NCBI GenBank assembly: GCA_037444405.1
Contig: JBBIML010000015.1
Span: 30,303 to 94,302 of the forward strand
Source: Armatimonadota bacterium
GTDB taxonomy: Bacteria; Armatimonadota; Fimbriimonadia; Fimbriimonadales; GBS-DC
DNA length: 64,000 nt
Direction of reading: 5' to 3'
Part shown: piece after piece, positions 62,253-64,000 of the stretch
Layout of the letters: every line of letters starts with the position of its first letter
How positions within the stretch are numbered: position 1 is the first letter of the stretch
Made by a program: the position numbers and the translations under genes
The notes under the pieces: generated by a model
Told to the model about the DNA's origin: nothing
Database searches by the model: none
Seen by the model: the letters and a program-made list of their open reading frames with translations, nothing else

Positions 62253-63926
62253 ATGCGAAAGGGAATCGCAATCTGGCTTTTACTGGTCTGTTGCTGGCAG
62301 GCATTTGCCGATGAGTTAGGGGCAGGGCGATTATTCCCGCAACGCCTGCCGTTCGCCCTTAGCGGGCAGAGTCGCGAGTCGCGCTACGCGCCGGGGCAGC
62401 TGCTGGTGAAGTTCCGCGACGATGTGCCGCCGATTCAGCGGGCGTGGGTGCGTCAAGCGGCTGGCGCGCGCGTATTAAGCACCAACGACTGGCTGGGCAT
62501 CGAGCTCTGGCAGGTCAGCCCTCTTGCCGATGTGCCCGCGCTGTGCGCTCAGCTGCTCCGGTCGGGCTGGGTGGCAATTGCCGACCCGAACTGGGAACTG
62601 CAGTTAGCTGACTGGACACCGAACGATCCGCTCTACCCGCAGCAACCTGCACTGCCCCATATCGGCTGTCCGCAGGCATGGGGCTACTGGCGCGGCAGCA
62701 GCCAGTTCATTGTTGCCCCACTGGACACAGGAGTGTTGCGCACGCATCCCGACCTGCAGGCGAAGCTCCTTCCTGGCTACGACTTCGGCAACGACGATAA
62801 CGACCCCAGCGACCCGCATGGGCACGGCACTTTCGTGGCGGGCATCGCGGGCGCGGTGACCAATAATGGCATCGGTGTTGCCTGCATCGCGCCCGAAGGC
62901 AGGGTGCTACCCGTAAAGGTGTTCACCGATGCGGGACAGGGCTTCTTGAGCGACCTTCTGGACGGCATCAGCTACGCCGTCACGCAGGGCGCGCATGTGA
63001 TTAATCTGAGCCTGGGAAGTAGCTCGCCGATGTCCAGCGTGCAGACGGCGCTGAACAACGCCTGGAGCGCAGGCGTTGTGATTGTCGCAGCGGCGGGCAA
63101 CAATAACAACACGAACCCCTTCTATCCCGCCTACTACCCAGTCTGCATCGCCGTCGCCGCGAGCAATCTGGACGACACGAGATCGAGCGTCTCCACCTAT
63201 GGCAGCTGGGTCGATGTCGCGGCGCCCAGCGGGGATGTCTACTCCACCCTCAATAACGGTGGCTATGGTCGCAACACAAACGGCTATACCTCTTATGCTG
63301 CGCCGATGGTTGCAGCGCAGGCGCTGCTGCTCTATCCGCTGGTTGCCGACGGACCCTCGGACCGCAGTCAGGCGCGGGCGCAGGCGGTGCGCACCCTGAT
63401 CGAGTCGACCGCTGTACCCGTGCCAGGCAACTATGTGGCGTACGGGCGTATCAGTGTCTCGAACGCCGTTCAGCAGGCGTTGACCGTGCCCATTAGCGGG
63501 CGCATCACGATTAATGGCTTCGCCGGCTCCTACAACGGTCGCCCTGTGGAGGTCAACCTGCGTCCGCTCAACAGCAGCACCGTGCTGGCAACCGCGAACA
63601 CGACCGCCAATAGCACGGGCGACTACAGCGTGAGCTTCTTCAACTATCTGGGCTATTACGATCTGGCTATCCGCGCGCAGGGCACCCTGCTGAAGCGAGC
63701 CGCCAACCAGCGGGTGCGCTATCCAGGGCTGACAAATGTGAATGTGACTCTGGTGCCAGGCGATATAAACGGCGATAATGCGATTGATGATGCCGACCTG
63801 TTGCAGGTGCTGTTCGCGTTCGGGCAGAGCGGCACGAACCTGCCCGCCGATCTGGATGGGAACGGCGTCGTGGATGACGCCGATCTGCTGCTGGTGCTGT
63901 TCAACTTCGGTCAGACAGGCGAATGA
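62253..63926 (+). CDS. secreted S8 (subtilisin-like) serine peptidase with a C-terminal dockerin-like double repeat
   Basis: Signal peptide [19 protein letters not shown]. Catalytic triad contexts [32 protein letters not shown]. Tail [24 protein letters not shown]...[23 protein letters not shown]. Confidence 0.9.
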   Translation: MRKGIAIWLLLVCCWQAFADELGAGRLFPQRLPFALSGQSRESRYAPGQLLVKFRDDVPPIQRAWVRQAAGARVLSTNDWLGIELWQVSPLADVPALCAQLLRSGWVAIADPNWELQLADWTPNDPLYPQQPALPHIGCPQAWGYWRGSSQFIVAPLDTGVLRTHPDLQAKLLPGYDFGNDDNDPSDPHGHGTFVAGIAGAVTNNGIGVACIAPEGRVLPVKVFTDAGQGFLSDLLDGISYAVTQGAHVINLSLGSSSPMSSVQTALNNAWSAGVVIVAAAGNNNNTNPFYPAYYPVCIAVAASNLDDTRSSVSTYGSWVDVAAPSGDVYSTLNNGGYGRNTNGYTSYAAPMVAAQALLLYPLVADGPSDRSQARAQAVRTLIESTAVPVPGNYVAYGRISVSNAVQQALTVPISGRITINGFAGSYNGRPVEVNLRPLNSSTVLATANTTANSTGDYSVSFFNYLGYYDLAIRAQGTLLKRAANQRVRYPGLTNVNVTLVPGDINGDNAIDDADLLQVLFAFGQSGTNLPADLDGNGVVDDADLLLVLFNFGQTGE

Positions 63927-64000
63927 AGCGAAGCACACTGGGGCGATGGGGCGAGCAGGCGGCGGCGGAATGGCTTCAGCAACAAGGCTACTGCCTGCTC
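63923..64000 (+). CDS. YraN-family (UPF0102) endonuclease-like protein, first 26 codons only
   Basis: The ATG overlaps the S8 stop (ATGA). [26 protein letters not shown] fits the YraN N-terminal pattern G..GE..A..yL...Gy.il. Confidence 0.5.
   Translation, partial: MKRSTLGRWGEQAAAEWLQQQGYCLL

Overview
High-GC bacterial chromosomal window, densely packed with about 52 protein-coding genes on both strands. I recognised no rRNA, tRNA, CRISPR array or intact mobile element by eye. Many long ORFs in the supplied track are antisense shadows typical of GC-rich DNA and were discarded. One real gene, a uvrD/pcrA fragment at 1..1148 (-), is missing from the track because it has no stop inside the window. 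Content by theme: (1) DNA metabolism: uvrD/pcrA fragment, recA, an SbcC/Rad50-like ATPase, holA, an orphan beta-class DNA methyltransferase, and a yraN fragment at the right edge. (2) Core metabolism: an MqnC-like futalosine enzyme, hisB, trxB, aldehyde dehydrogenase, ygfZ. (3) Motility and pili: a three-gene flagellar islet (fliD-fliS-fliT-like) and a pilB-pilT-pilC-pilD type IV pilus assembly cluster without a pilin gene. (4) Envelope and secreted proteins: a 1684-aa alpha-2-macroglobulin with a CVEQ thioester motif, a PEP-CTERM protein, two proteins sharing a dockerin-like C-terminal tag (one an S8 protease), a DUF1559-type prepilin-like protein, DUF1501, a TgpA-like transglutaminase, LemA/DUF3137, and a giant GT4-TPR-GT2-TPR glycosyltransferase. 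This repertoire (DUF1559, DUF1501, PEP-CTERM, futalosine pathway, ThuA, dockerin-like tags) suggests an Armatimonadota- or PVC-like lineage; that is inference only. I did not find a clear self-contained novel multi-gene system such as a defence island, retron, DGR or secretion machine. The observations I rate most worth follow-up are: (a) a translationally coupled pair of a Cys-rich polytopic membrane protein and a lysine-free BCCP-like protein; (b) a Pho-box-like direct repeat driving an apparently leaderless, orphan pstB; (c) a family of REP-like hairpin repeats acting as terminators; (d) a recurring pattern of -10 boxes 6-9 nt from start codons, implying leaderless mRNAs; (e) a 788-aa secreted protein coupled to a TgpA-like transglutaminase without the usual MoxR/DUF58 partners; (f) a trxB-secreted protein-sbcC arrangement lacking sbcD. 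All functional calls rest on motif recognition from the translated ORFs. No database search was run.
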